A stretch of DNA of 63,859 nt, counting the filler, from Chiloscyllium plagiosum (lineage: Eukaryota): NCBI RefSeq assembly GCF_004010195.1. It is 3 parts of one record of this genome, joined end to end, with 100 filler letters (N's around TTAATTAATTAA, not from the genome) between each part and the next. Parts side by side here need not be neighbours in the genome. Positions count along the whole stretch, not along the records: positions 1 to 31,616 come from NC_057712.1; 2 more parts are not named here. One strand, 5' to 3'. The position numbers and the translations under genes were made by a program. Below, piece after piece: positions 1-13,030 of this stretch (positions are counted from its first letter, which is position 1; each line of letters starts with the position of its first letter). The notes beneath the pieces were generated by a model. The model did not search any database, was not told where the DNA came from, and was given only the letters and a program-made list of their open reading frames with translations.

Positions 1-270
1 CCCTCCCACGCTGTGTGTGTGTGTCCCTCCCTCGCTGTGTGTGTGTGTGTCCCTCCCACCCCAGTCTGACCTATCACCCTCACCTTGACCTCTTTCCACC
101 TATCACATTTCCGACGCCCCTCCCCCAAGTCCCTCCTCCCTACCTTTTATCTTAGCCTGCTGGACAAACTTTCCTCATTCCTGAAGAAGGGTTTATGCCT
201 GAAACGTCGATTCTCCTGTTCCCTGGATGCTGCCTGACCTGCTGCGCTTTTCCAGCAACACATTTTCAAC
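1..270 (+). mobile_element. 3' end of a PLE pseudo-LTR with hammerhead core at ~181-209
   Basis: ctgaagaagggtttatgcctgaaacgtc followed by the family tail gctgcctgacctgctgcgcttttccagc. Confidence 0.7.
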
Positions 271-964
271 CTTTAAAGAATATTTGGAGGAACACTTGAA
301 ATATCATATCATAACATTCAGGAATATGTGACAAGTTCAGCGAAGTCAGATTAGCGCATCTTTCGTGGTAGTTATTGTTCATGCAGACTCAATGGGCCAA
401 AGGGCCCTTCTGCACTGTATGACTCTATGACTCTATATTCCATTGTTACAACTGCTTTGTGTTATTGATATCTAGGGTAAACCCAAAGGAAAGTGGAAAT
501 AAAAGCCTACAGGATTCAACCTTTGCATTTGATGGCTTCTCCCACTGAGCAGGATATTCAATGGCTCTGCAGTCCTGGAGCTCCATTTCTCCAACCTGAT
601 TCAACCAGAACAGTTTTTTCTGAGTAACTATTGTTCCAAAATAGCTACCCTTTCAATTACTCACTCTCTCTGAGTACTGACTCATGAGAATGAATTTTGG
701 ACTGACTTCAAAAATTCACTGTTTCTTCCAGCTGCCTGCCAGGTCTGTTCATCGGCTTTATGGCTTCTACTGATGCCCAGCACACTCTTACTGTTTTATG
801 ACCAGTGCGTTTAAATGTGATTCACTGCCAGCATGATATGCATTCCAACCACCATGGTATGATATTAGTTATCAACACAAATGTACCAAACACCAAAACA
901 ATGACAGGTAAAGAAACTGCTTATTGAAGAATAAAGGTATTCCAGAAGACTTCTTTATATATAA

Positions 965-2090
965 TGCAAATTACTGCAGATGTTACAATTCGTACTGAAA
1001 ACCACAAATGCTGGAGATTACAACAGCAGGAGGTTGGAAGAACACAGCAAGCTGGAAGAACATCAGGAGGTGCAGAAGTCGACGTTGCGAATGTAACCCT
1101 TCTTCAGGATTGCGGTTGACTGTGGGGGGAACTGCAGATAAAGGGAGAGGCGCAGACAGGGTGGTGAAGTGGGGATAGGTGAAGACAGGTAGAGGGTACG
1201 ACCTGGTTGGTCAATGCAAGGAATGAATCTGGATGGTGGTAGGGAGCAGTGGAAGGAAGGGGAGAGGCTGGGAAGGGATTCAGGGGATGGGGAGTGAGAT
1301 TATTTGAAATCAGGGAACTCAGCGTTGAGTCCTCTGAAGATAAGGTATTGTTCCTCCAATAGGAGCTGGGGCTGTTTTGGCAATGGAGGAGGCCAAGGAT
1401 GGTCATGTCGGAAAAAAAGAGTGGTTGGGGAATTGACATGGGTGGTGACTGGGAGGTCCGGTCAGCCCCTGCAGACCTCGCTGCGATGCTTAGTGAGCTG
1501 TTACCCGAGTTTACATTTGGTCTTCCCAATGTAGAGAAGACCACATCGGGAGCACTTGATGCAGTTAACTGGTTGGAAGAGAGGCAGGTGAACTCTGTCT
1601 CACCTGGAAGGACTGTTTGGGGCCCTGGATGGAGGTGAGGGGGAGCAGTGTACCAGCAGGATTTGCATCTTTTCTGGTTGCAGGGTAAGGAACCTTGGGC
1701 TTGGGTGGCGGGGGTGGCATGAACCAAGGACTGTCAAAAGGAACAGTCCTTGCAGAAGGCAGGGGAGGGGCACTGCATCTGCTCAGTCAAGGAGACAGTC
1801 CACTCGCGAGCATCCCAGGTGTCCACCCATTTTGAACAAAGTGCTTTTCCTCCCTCAGTCATCAAGACAGCCCTCCACCGTACCACCTGCTCTACCACTG
1901 TAAACCACCCCCCACCACACCCCCCACCCCACCCCCAACTAACGCAACAAAGACAGAGTTCCCCTTGTCCTCACCTACCACCCCACCGGTCTCTGCATCC
2001 AATGAATCATCCTCAAACTCTTCCACCAACTCCAAATAGATCCCACCACCAAGAGTATCTTCCCCTCCCCACCCTTTTCTGCTTTCCGCA
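965..2090 (-). mobile_element. Decayed Penelope-like element (Neptune-type GIY-YIG region) with an inverted piece at ~1770-2090
   Basis: PCNQKRCKSC and FTCLSSN motifs, followed by frameshifted CSRCGLLYIG-type GIY-YIG sequence; pseudo-LTR at ~965-1110. Confidence 0.75.
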
Positions 2091-2269
2091 TTTACTGCCC
2101 ATCCCTAATTACCCAGAGGTCAGTTAAGAGTCTGTGGGTCTGGAGTCACATGCCGACCAGATTCTTATACTGCTCTCTGGGCATTTAAGGGAAGAAAGGG
2201 TAGGGGGTAGATCAAAGAGGGAGGAAATAGGAGATCATGTAAGTGGTGAGGTTGGCAAAAGGGAGGGAG

Positions 2270-3110
2270 GATGACATGAAACTAGAAGATGTAGTAAACT
2301 ATGAGGAAGATAGTAAGGAGTTACTTCAGAAGGAGTTACACAGACTATAAAATAAGCAGACACAAGACAGATAAAATATAAAGCTGAGCTACTTGAAATA
2401 ATGCATTTTGATAGGAAGAATTAATCAAAATACCATTAACAAAATGGTAAACTTTAGAGAGAGTGCAGAAACAGAGAAACCTTGAGGATTTGTACACACT
2501 AATATTTGAAGGTGGTAAAATAAATTGGAAAGAATCCCTGAGGAATACAGCATAAAAGGAAGCTACTCCAGGTCTTTATAAAACACTGGTTAGGCTTCAG
2601 CTATAGCAATTACATCTACTTCCAGGCACCACACTTCTCGGAAGATGGCATGGCTTTGGCAAGGATGGAGAAAAAAATTTACTAGAATGATGTCAGGAAT
2701 AATAGACTTCGGTTATGTTGAATATCTGCAGAATCTGGTGTTGTTGATCAAGCACAGAAAATTAAGAAGAAATTTAGTAGAGGAATTCAAAACTATGCAT
2801 AGTTTTGATACAGAGGGGATACAATTTCTGGTACATTGGGTAGTAGCCAGATAACACAAGTTCACATAATTAATAAATGAACCAGACATGTACATGGTTT
2901 TTTTTAATATAACTATTGATTATTCTGATTTAGAATGCATTGCTTGGAAAAGTAGTGGGCATATATATAATAGAGAATAGGTTAAATATCTAACAGGAAA
3001 GAAAATGCAGTGCCATGGAGAAAGAAATTAATTGGATAGCTCAACAAAAGAAAAACAGGACAAATGCATGGGCCAGAGTAGCCTTCATATGAACTATAAT
3101 TTTCTATGAT
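2270..3110 (+). mobile_element. Old CR1 LINE 3' fragment
   Basis: Degenerate LYKTLVR, RKKFTRMM and WNAL motifs of the CR1 ORF2 C-terminus. Confidence 0.7.
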
Positions 3111-3155
3111 GCAAGGATGCTCACTAAGAATGCTTATTATTAATTAAAGGGTTAC

Positions 3156-3311
3156 CTGTTTTTCTTTTATGGTCTCCTGCAAAGCCACCATTCCAACAGT
3201 GCTCCTGCGGAATTTACCCGTTTTTTTCTCTGCACCAAATGAATCTAAGAGACTTGATCTGCTAACTTTTGGTAAGACACCTTCTTGTCCTGAATCACCA
3301 CGGCGACTCAT
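3156..3311 (-). CDS. dnah8: N-terminal coding exon of an axonemal dynein heavy chain, DNAH8-like (exon 3156-3322; gene continues left of the window)
   Basis: Minus strand reads ttttttaag|GCTTTGAAAAAATG...AAAGAAAAACAG|gtaac. Translation MSRRGDSGQEGVLPKVSRSSLLDSFGAEKKTGKFRRSTVGMVALQETIKEKQ; the end resembles the recalled human DNAH8 N-terminal segment RYRRSMSGLPNLQETLKERQ. It lies in unique sequence and is below the ORF-track length cut-off. Confidence 0.75.
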
Positions 3312-3879
3312 TTTTTCAAAGCCTTAAAAAACCAACGAGAGATTGTTATAATCCTAGTTTACTATAATATTGGACAAGACAAATTTGAGAAAGATATCTG
3401 GCTAATAGACCATAAATATTATTGTTTCAATTTGGTTACTGTGCTATCATCCACGGAACATACTCATAAGAGGCTATCAATGTATTTTCCACAAAAGGAC
3501 ACAAGATTATAAAAAAAGCAATGATAATATTTTTCCAAATTGTCATAAACAGCAAAAAGAAAAATTCAACTTTTTCATCCCAGCAATCTCATTTACAGAC
3601 AATTAATCCTAGGGAAGTGTCACTCGTGTCTTTACTTAATTCCTTATTCAATTAACGAGGTCACAAGCATTTCCTTTCAGCAAATTTCTACAAGCTCACA
3701 CATATGATTTTCTCTGTCTCTCGCTGAGAGAGGCAGACACAGACTAAATTTATTGATTTTTATCACTAAACTCCAAGAAGAAACTAAGGGCTTTTTGCAA
3801 TTACTTCGACACTGTTCAACAGCACATTTACTGGAATTGAACTTTTGTTCTGAATTTAATCTGCTTCCAGACTCTCTTC

Positions 3880-5355
3880 ATCCACCCAACTCCTCTCGTT
3901 TTCTTCAGGTCAGAGGGATAACCATGGGAATCCATATGCATCTCAGTTTTGCCTGTCTCTTTATGAGGTACATGGAACATTCCTTGTTCCCAGCCCCATC
4001 CACAATTCCTTCTCCAGGATATTGATTATATCATCAGAGTCGCTTCCTTCTCTCACCTGGAATTGGAAAGGTTTGTCGATTTTGCTTCCAATTTCCATCT
4101 TGCTCTCACTTTCCCCGGTCCATCTCTGACTCCTCCCTTCCCTTCCCCAACATCTTGGTTTCCATTTCTGGGGGCTGGCCACCAATATCCACTACAAAGC
4201 CACCGACTCCCACAGTCAGCTTGACTATACATTCTCACACTCTGCTTCCGATAAACACTCTATTCCATTGTCCCAATTCCTCCATTTCCATCACATCTGT
4301 TCCGATGATGCCAATTTCAACAAAGGACCCTTTGTCCACGTTCTTCCTCATCAGAGGATTCCCCCACACCATTGTAGACAGGGCCCTCAGCCAGGTCTGA
4401 CCCATCTCCCACATTTTGGGCTTCACCCCCTCTCTTCCCTCTCACAACATTGATAGAGTCCCACTCTTCCTTACTCACTATCCCAACAGCATCCATATCC
4501 AGAGGTTAATTTGCTGCCATTTCTGCTACCTCCAGTGAGATGCCACCACCAGACACATATTCCCCTCCCTCTCCCTTGTCAGCCTTCCACAGGGACTGTT
4601 CCCTCTGGGGCACCCTGGTTCACTCTTCCTTCACTCTTAATACCTCACTCCACAACCCGCAGCACTTTCCCCTACAACCACAGAAGATGCAACACCTGCC
4701 TGTTTACTTCCTCCCTCCTCAATATCCAAGGGCCTAAACACACCTTCCAGATGAAGTAGTGCTTTACCTGCATAGACTCTAACCTATTTCATTCGCTGCT
4801 CACAATGTGGTCTCTTCTACATTGGGGAAACAAAGGGTCGACTGGGTAACCACTTTGCAGAATATCTATGTTCTGTCCACAAAAAAGTTCCTGAGCTTCC
4901 AGCTCTTTGCCACTTCAACACGCCACCCTGTTCCTTGGCCAACATCTCTGTCTCAGGCTTGCTGCAGCCCTCCAAATGAAGTTCAGCACCTCATTTTCCA
5001 CTTGGGAACTTGTCAGCCTTCTGGACTCAATCTCAAGTTCTACTGGTTTGGGTGTTTAGCTCTTCCATGTTCTTAGCCCAACCCCACACTTCAGACCTTG
5101 TTATCTTACAGTCTATTATTACAGACAACCCATTGTTAGTTACTAATAGTCCCCATTAACAGCTATTCACCCTTCAAGCTAGATCATTATCCACTCTTGT
5201 CTGTCCAACTGTTCTTCTCTCTCTTCATTTACTCCTTACCCCTCCTAACAAATCTATCTTCTGCATATAAATCAATATTTTGCTAGCTACTGTGCTTTTC
5301 TCTCCACAGAAGCTGCCAGATCTGCTGAGCTTTTCCAGCAATTTCTGTTTTTGGT
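3880..5355 (+). mobile_element. Decayed Penelope-like element (RT C-terminus, GIY-YIG, pseudo-LTR)
   Basis: FLQVRGITMG (PLE RT motif), YKATDSHS, PYNHRRCNTC, CSQCGLFYIGETK across frameshifts. Confidence 0.8.
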
Positions 5356-5391
5356 TCTCTCCATCTAATCACCCTGGTTTCAAAATCTTAC

Positions 5392-5484
5392 CTGAGTGAA
5401 CACTTAAGCAAATATATCAGCAGGTAGTTTGTCTGCTCATTCAGCTAAAATTATATGAATTCATAGAAATGCTGCTTAACCTAC
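5392..5484 (-). other. Candidate non-coding (5' UTR) exon upstream of the dnah8-like exon
   Basis: Strong acceptor (long T run + cag) and donor (CAG|gtaaga) bracket 93 nt of non-repeat sequence on the same strand; supported by splice signals only. Confidence 0.25.
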
Positions 5485-5593
5485 CTGAAAAAAAAAATTC
5501 TGACCTCACTGGGGTAATCCACTGGAAAGCAAAGCTCCACTATTCCTAGGGACATCATAAGATATCACTGAAGTAAGCAAATTCTCCAACATA

Positions 5594-6360
5594 TCTTAGA
5601 ACATAGAACATTTCAGCACAGTACAGGCCCTTCGCCCCTCGATGCTGCGCCGCTCTGTGAAACCAATCTGAAACCCATCTAACCTCCACTATTCCATTCT
5701 TGTCCATATGCCTACCCAATGACCATTTAAAGTTGGAGAGTCCACAACTGTTGCAGGCAGTGTGTTCCATGTCCCTACTACTCACTGAGTAATGATACCA
5801 CCTTGACATCTATCCTATACCTATCACCCCTCAATTTGACGCTATGCCTCCTCATGCTAGCCATCTTCCTTTTCAAAAAAAGAACAGAAACATATACTCA
5901 GAAAATAGGAGCTGGAGTAGGACAGTCAGCCTTTCCAGCCTGCTCCGCCATTCAATAAGATCATAGCTGATCCTTTTCCTCGATGTCATATCCCCACTTC
6001 CTCTCCACTCCCTATGATGTCTTAAAAATCTAAATGTTTATTTATCTCTGCCAGTGTAATACATTTATTTAAAATGGGAAGAAGACAAAAAAGTAACTAT
6101 AAGCCAGTTCGTCAATTTATTGGTAAAGTCACAGATTTGTACAGTCATAAAGCTGTAAGCACAGAAACTGATCATTCAAACTGGTCTGCGCTCAATAGAT
6201 ATCCTAAACTGATCTAGTCCCATTTGGCCCCATACCCTCTAAATCTTCCTATTCATGTACCCATCCAGGTAACTTAAATGTTGTAATTGTACCTCCACCA
6301 CTTCCTCTGGTAGTTCATTCCATACATTCACCACCCTCTGGATGAAAAAGTTGCCCTTCC
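5594..6360 (-). mobile_element. Three short CR1 3'-end fragments
   Basis: agaacatagaacat tail, [18 protein letters not shown] motif and typical CR1 3' UTRs. Confidence 0.7.
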
Positions 6361-6872
6361 TGAATAAACAAATCTGTTCATTCATTATGAGAGCTTGTTG
6401 TTTTTGAATTGCTGTCAAGTTTCCTATATTACAAAAGTGATACATTTCAAATGTACTGCAATAGTATAAAACACTGTTAGCTTGTGATTATGAAAGACAC
6501 TGAAAAGAATTTTGCCCTCAATGGAGATGGCGAGACAAGGAACAAGAAGGGGATATAAATAGAATCATAAAATACCTGCAGTGTGGAAATTGGCTTTTTT
6601 GTCCATTGAGACCACACCGATTCTCCAAAGAGCATCCCACCCAGATCCAATCCCCTGTCCAAAGAGATACTTGGCCCCTTCTCACCACCTCACCAACTAC
6701 ATTCTGGGAAGAAGGCGTTCTTGAAACTTTCTTAACCTGCCATCAATTAGGCCAGTACTGGTCATTTTTTGGTCAATTAAGGGGCTCAATTTACCACTTT
6801 CTTAATTACCTCCATTCCTGCTGGGGCAAGCTGCCTATATAAGTCAAGTTGTTGGGGTGGAGAGTGGGGTGT

Positions 6873-9810
6873 TAAGACTGTAAGACCAGAAGACATAGGA
6901 GTGGAAGCAAGGCCATTCGGCCTATCGAGTCCACTCCTCCATTTAATCATGGCTGATGGGTACTTCAAGGGTTTAGATCAGAGTGGTGCTGGAAAAGCAC
7001 AGCAGGTCAGGCAGCATCCGAGGAGCAGGAAAATCAATGTTTCGGGCAAAAGCCTGATGAAGGGCTTTTGCCCAAAGCGTTGATTTTCCTGTTCCTCGGA
7101 TGCCGCCTGACCTGCTATGCTTTTCCAGCACCACTCTGACGTAAACTCTGGTTTCCAGCATCTGCAGTCCTCACTTTTGCCCTGATGGGTACTTCAATTC
7201 CACTTACTCACACTCTCCCTATAGTCCTTAATTCCTTGCGAGATCAAGAATTTATCAATCTCTGCCTTGAAGACATCCAACGTCCCGGCCTCCACTGCGC
7301 TCCGTGGCAATGAATTCCACAGGTCCACCACTCTCTGGCTGAAGAAATGTCTCCTCGTTTCCGTTCTAAATTGACCCCCTCTAATTTTAAGGCGATGCCC
7401 ACAGGTCCTAGTCACCCTGCCTAACGGAAACAACTTCCCAGCGTCCACCCTTTCTAAGCCATTCATTATCTTGTATTAGATCTCCCCTCAACCTTCTAAA
7501 CTCCAATGAATATAATCCCAGGATCCTCAGCCAATCATCCAATGTTAGGCCTACCATTCCAGGGATCATCCATGTGAATTTCCGCTGGACACACTCCAGT
7601 GCCAGTATGTCCTTCCTGAGGTGTGGGGCCTAAAACTGGGCACAGTATTCTAAGTGGGGCAGAACTAGAGCTTTATAAAGTCTCAGAAGCACATTTCTGC
7701 TTTTATATTCCAACTCTCTTCAGATAAATGACAATATCACATTCGCTTTCTTAATCATGGACTCAACCTGCAAGTTAACCTTTAGAGAATCCTTAACTGG
7801 CACTCCCAGATGCCTTTGTACTTTAGCTTCACGAAATTTCTCACTGTTTAAAAAATAGTCCATGCCTGTATTCTTTTTTCCAAAGTGCAAGACCTTGCAC
7901 TTGCTCACGTTGAATTTCAACTGCCATTTCCTGGACCACTCTCCTAAATTGTAAATTGTTCTGCAACCTCCCCACCTCCTCAGTATTACCTGCTAGTCTG
8001 CATAGCTTCATATCATCGGCGAACTTTGCCAGAATGCCCCCTGTCCCTTCATCCAGATCATTAATATATAAACTAAACAGCTGCGGCGCCAACACTGAAC
8101 CCTGCGAGACATCACTTGTCATCAACTGCCGTTCCAAAAAATAACCTTTTATCCCAACTTGCTGCCTTCTGTCAGACAGCCAATCCCTAATCCATGCCAG
8201 TAGCTCACTCGAACACCATGAGCCCTCACCTTACTCAGCAGCCTTCCGTGAGGCACTTATCAAAGGCCGTTTGAAAGTCTAGATAGATGACATCCACTGG
8301 CTTTCCCCGGTTTAACCTACTTATTTTCTCTTCAAAGGATTCTAACAGGTTTGTCAGGCACGACCTCCCCCTACTAAATCCATGCTGACTTGTTCTAATC
8401 TGACCCTGCACTTCCAAGAATTTAGAAATTTCATCCTTAATGATGGATTCCAGAATTTTACCCACGACCGAGGTTAGGCTAATCAGCCTATAGTTTTCTA
8501 TCTTTTGTCTTGATCCTTTCTTGAACAAGGGAGTTACAACAAAAATTTTCCAATCATCTGGGACTTTCCCTGACTCCAGCGATTTTTTAAAGATCACAGT
8601 CAGCATCTCCGCTATTTCCCCAGCCACCTCTCTCAGAACTCTAGGATGTAGCCCATCAGGGCCAGGAGATTTATCGATTTTTAGACCTTTTAGCTTTTCT
8701 TTTTGTAATAGCTATCATACTCAACTCTGACCGTGACTTTCCTTATTTGTTGGTACATTACTCATGTCTTACACTGTGAAGACTGACGCAAAGTACTTAT
8801 TACGTTTTTCAGCTATTTCCTTATCTCCCAGCACTAGCTTCGACCATCAGTTTGGAGCGGTCCAATTTCTATTTTTGCCTCTTGTTTGTTTCTTACTTAT
8901 TGAAAGAAACTTTTACTATCATTTCTAATATTACTGGCTAGCTTATCTTCATATTTGATCCTCTTCTTCCTTATTTCTTTCTTTGTTTTTGTAATCTTCC
9001 CAATCTTCTGATTTCCCAGTGCTCTTGGCCACTTTATAGGCTCTCTCTTTTTCTTTGATATATTACCTGACTTCCTTTGTCAGCCATGGCTGTCTAACTC
9101 CTTCCCGGATAATCTTTCTTTTCTTTGGGATGAATCTCTGTACTGTGTCCTCAATTACACCCAGAAACTCCTACCATTGTTGCTTTACAGTCTTCCCCAA
9201 TAGGCTCTGCTTCCTGTTGATTTTTGTCAGTTCCTCTCTCATGCCCCTGTACTTAGCTTTATTTAATTGTAACACCATTACATCTGATTTTGCCTTCTCT
9301 CTTTCAAACTGCAGGCTGAACTCTACCATATTATGATCGCTGCCTCCTAAGTGTTCCCTTACTTTAAGATCTTTTATAAAGTCTGGCTCATTATATAGAA
9401 CTAAGTTCAGAATAGTCTGCTCCCTTGTGTGCTCCATTACAAGCTGTTCCAAAAAGCCATTCCTGTAAGCATTCCATGAAATCCCTTTCTTTGGACCCAC
9501 CAGCATCATTATTCACCCAGTCCACCTGCATATTGAAGTACTCCATGATCACCATGACCTTGCCTTTCTGACATGCCCTATCTATTTCCTGGTACATCTT
9601 GTACTCCTGGTCCTGACCACTGCTGGGAGGTCTGTACATAACTCCCATTATGGTTTTTTTGCCTTTGTGGTTCCTCAACTCCACCCATAGAGACCCCACA
9701 CCACGTGACCCTATATCATTCAGTGCCATAGATTTAATCTCATTCTTAACTAACTAGGCAACCCCGCCCCTCTGCCCATCTCCCTGTCTTTTCGATAAGT
9801 TAAACATCCT
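6873..9810 (-). mobile_element. CR1 LINE ORF2 (endonuclease + RT), frameshifted
   Basis: GVMYRPP, HLGGSDHN, NYRLISLTSVVGKILE, QHGF..GRSCLTNL, YLDFQTAFDK, SQGSVLAPQLF, KFADD, FFSQRVVDLWNSLP. Confidence 0.95.
6969..7181. mobile_element. Palindromic PLE-derived mini-element with 16-bp TSD
   Basis: TSD ctgatgggtacttcaa at 6953-6968 and 7182-7197; ~75-bp inverted arms around ctgatgaagggcttttgccc. Confidence 0.85.
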
Positions 9811-9944
9811 TAAACATCCTTGGATCACAAGTTTAAAGAGTTTAAAATTAGAGTTTATTAAAAAATATATAATAGCAGAACATTTAAGAATACATAAAAT
9901 GATCAAGCATTATCAGCATGGCTTCATAAAGGGAAATAATTAGA

Positions 9945-10240
9945 TTAGATTACCTACAGTGTGGAAACAAGTCCTTTGGCCCGACAAGTCCACACTGACC
10001 CTCCGGAGAGTAAACCACCCATTTCCCTCTGTCTAATGCACCTAACACTATGGGCAATTTTAGCATGGCCAATCTACCGAACCTGCACATCTTTGGACTA
10101 TGGGAGGAAACCGGGGCAAACCCACGCAGACACTGGGAGAATGTGCAAACTCGGCACAGACAGTTGTCCGGGAGTGGAATAGAATCCAGGTCCCTGGCAC
10201 TGTGAAGCTTCAGTGTTAACCACTGAGCCACCATGCCGCC
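9945..10240 (-). mobile_element. HE1-type V-SINE
   Basis: Reverse complement of the tRNA-like head, V-domain (gtttgcacattctccc) and (aatct)n tail. Confidence 0.9.
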
Positions 10241-10841
10241 ATAATGCATGGCTTCTTCCGAGAATTCTTTGAGTAGGCAAAAAAACTAGCAGAATAGCTA
10301 AAGATCTGAATTTGGTGACAAGTCAGTAAGGTTGTGTATTCAGTTCCTGGAATATTATCTGTTGTTGATAAGTTTGATTTAGTTGACAAGGTACACAATA
10401 GCAGGGGAATTTGGCCCATGGAATTATTCTCCTGCAATGTGTGCAAAACTACAGACACTTCCAGAGTCCATGGTGACTATGTATGTAGAAAGCATGTTCA
10501 GCTGCAGCTCTTTATTTGCCGCATGGGACACCTGAAGCTGATGGACTCACTATGGAGCATCTATGAGATTGAGAATGTCATGGATGCCACATGTAACAAG
10601 TTGGTCACACCACCAGTATGGGCCACACAGACAGAGAAGAGTTGGGTCTGCAGCAGGAAGATATTAAGCATGGGCAGGCAATGCTAGAATCCCCTCTGGC
10701 TCTTGCCCTGTCAAAGGGGTATAATATTTTGGATACTATTAGATGGGAGATTGCATTCTAGGGAAAACTGACAAGGATCAGTGACACCACAACTGACATT
10801 GTTGGACAGCCGGGAGGGACAAAGTTTGGGTGAGCAGTAGT

Positions 10842-11157
10842 GGGCGGCACGGTGGCACAGTGGTTAGCACTGCTGCCTCACAGCGCCAGAGACCTGGGTT
10901 CAATTCCCACCTCAGGCGACTGACTGTGTGGAGTTTGCACATTCTCCCCGTGACTGCGTGGGTTTCCTCCGGGTGCTCCGGTTTCCTCCCACAATCCAAA
11001 AATGTGTAGGTTAGGTGAATTGGCCATGCTAAATTGCCCGTAGTGTTAGGTGAAGGGGTAAATGTAGGAGAATGGGTCTGGGTGGGTTATGCTTCGGCGG
11101 GTCGGTATGGACTTATTGGGCCGAAGGGCCTGTTTCCACACTGTAGGTAATCTAAAA
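10842..11157 (+). mobile_element. HE1-type V-SINE, full length
   Basis: gggcggcacggtggcacagtggttagc (A box)...gggttcaattccc (B box), V-domain, and CR1-derived 3' end gggccgaagggcctgtttccacactgta. Confidence 0.95.
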
Positions 11158-11455
11158 AATAGTGCTAGAGGATTCTACCATCAGGGACACAGATAGGCAT
11201 TTCTGTGGACACAAACAAGACTCCAGAATGGTGTATTGCCTCTCTGTACAAGGATGTCCTTGAGTGGAAACAGGATATTCTGAAAGATGAGGGTGAGCAG
11301 CCAATGGTTGTAGTCTATATTGGTATTAATGACATAGGGACAAAGAGAGATGAGTTCCTAAACAGGGAGTTCAGCAAGGTGGGTAGGAAGCTGAAATGCA
11401 GGACCTCTATGGTTGTTATCTTAGGAGGATTATTCAAAGTGCTATATGCCAGTGA

Positions 11456-12575
11456 GTCGAAGAGTGTGGTGCTGGAAAAGCACAACCAGTCAGGCAGCAT
11501 CTGAGGAGCAGGAGAGTCAACATTTCGAACTTCATCAGGAATGAGGGGAAAACCCAAGGGGGCTGAGAGATAAATAAGAGGGGGTTGGGCTGGGGGAAGG
11601 TAGCTGGGAATGCGATAGGTAGATGAAGGTGGGGGTGAAAGTGATATGTCAGAGAGGAGGATGGAGCAGATAGGTGGGAAGGAAGATGGATGGGTAGGAC
11701 AGTTCAAGAGGACGGTGCAGAGTTGAAAGGTTGGATCTAAGATATGGTGGGGGAGGGGAAATGAGGAAACTGGTGAAATCCACATTGATCCCAGATGGTT
11801 GGAGGGTCCCAAGGCGGCAGATGAGGCGCTCTTCCTCCAAGGGGTCAGTTGGCTAGAGTTTGGTGCTGGAAGAGGACAGGAGGGAGAGTTAAAGTGTACT
11901 GCCACAGGGCAGTGGAGTTGTTTCATGCAGGTGTCTCAGAGGTTCTCTGAAACATTCCACATGTTGGCATCCTGTCTCCCCAAAGTAGAGGAGACCACAT
12001 CGAGAACAACGAACACAGTACATGACATGTGTTGAAGTACAGGTAAATCTCTGTCATATGTGGAAGGATCCTTTGGGATCTTGGATGATGGTGAGAGGGA
12101 GGTATGGGCATAGGTTTTGCACTTCTTGCGATGGCAGGAAGGTGCCATGAGTGGAGAGTGGGTTGGTGTTAGACGTGGACCTAACAAGGAATTGCGGAGG
12201 GAATGGTTTCTCCAGAACACAGATAGAGGTGGGGAGGAAAATATATCCATGGTGGTGGGGTCTATTTACAGGTGGCAGAAGTGGCAGAGGATGATGCAAT
12301 GTATCCGGAGGTTAGAGGCCTCCTTCTTCAAAGATCGCAATTTCCCCTCCCACATGGTCAATGATGCCCTCCAGCACATCTCCTCCACTTCCTGCACCTC
12401 TGCCCTTGAACCCATCTCTCCAATCGCAAGGAGGACAGAATCTGCGTGGTCCTCACCTTCAACCCCACCAATCTCTAGGTACATCGCATCATCCTCTCCC
12501 ATTTCTGCCAACTATAAACAGACCCCATTACCAGGGATACATTTCTCTCCCCACCCCTAACTGCATTCCAGATAA
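11456..12575 (-). mobile_element. Penelope-like element (Neptune type) with inverted 5' piece (~12315-12575)
   Basis: CHRKKCKTY, CSRCGLLYFG, MEEERLICRLGTLQPSGINVDF; pseudo-LTR at ~11456-11780. Confidence 0.8.
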
Positions 12576-12661
12576 GGAAAATCCCAAGGTGGTTTAGAGC
12601 AAGAGTGTACCTATATGCATGGAGCTGGAGGAAGTGGGCGAGGTCCTTAATAAATAAATTT

Positions 12662-13030
12662 GGGCGGCACAGTGGCACAGGTGGGCGGCACGGTGGCACA
12701 GTGGCACAGGTGGGCGGCACGGTCGCACAGTGGTTAACACTGCTGTCTCACAGTGCCAGAGACCCGGGTTCAGTTCCCGCCTCAGGCAACTGACTGTGTG
12801 GAGTTTGCACATTCTCCCCGTGTCTGCGTGGGTTTCCTCCGGGTGCTGCGGTTTCCTCCCACAGTCCAAAAATGTGCAGGTTAGGTGAATTGGCCGTGCT
12901 AAATTGCCCGTAGTGTTAGGTAAGGGGTAAATGTAGGGGTATGGGTGGGTTGCGCTTCGGAGGGTAGATGTGGACTTGTTGGGCCGAAGGGCCTGTTTCC
13001 ACACTGTAACGTAATCAAATCTAATCTAAT
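12662..13030 (+). mobile_element. HE1-type V-SINE with triplicated 5' end
   Basis: Canonical body and aatct tail; gggcggcac..gcacag head present three times. Confidence 0.95.

Noticed and set aside
10842..10915. tRNA-like A/B boxes at SINE heads (also 12713, 29329, 48018)
   Set aside because: These are the tRNA-derived 5' regions of HE1 SINEs, followed by the V-domain and CR1 tail; not counted as tRNA genes.
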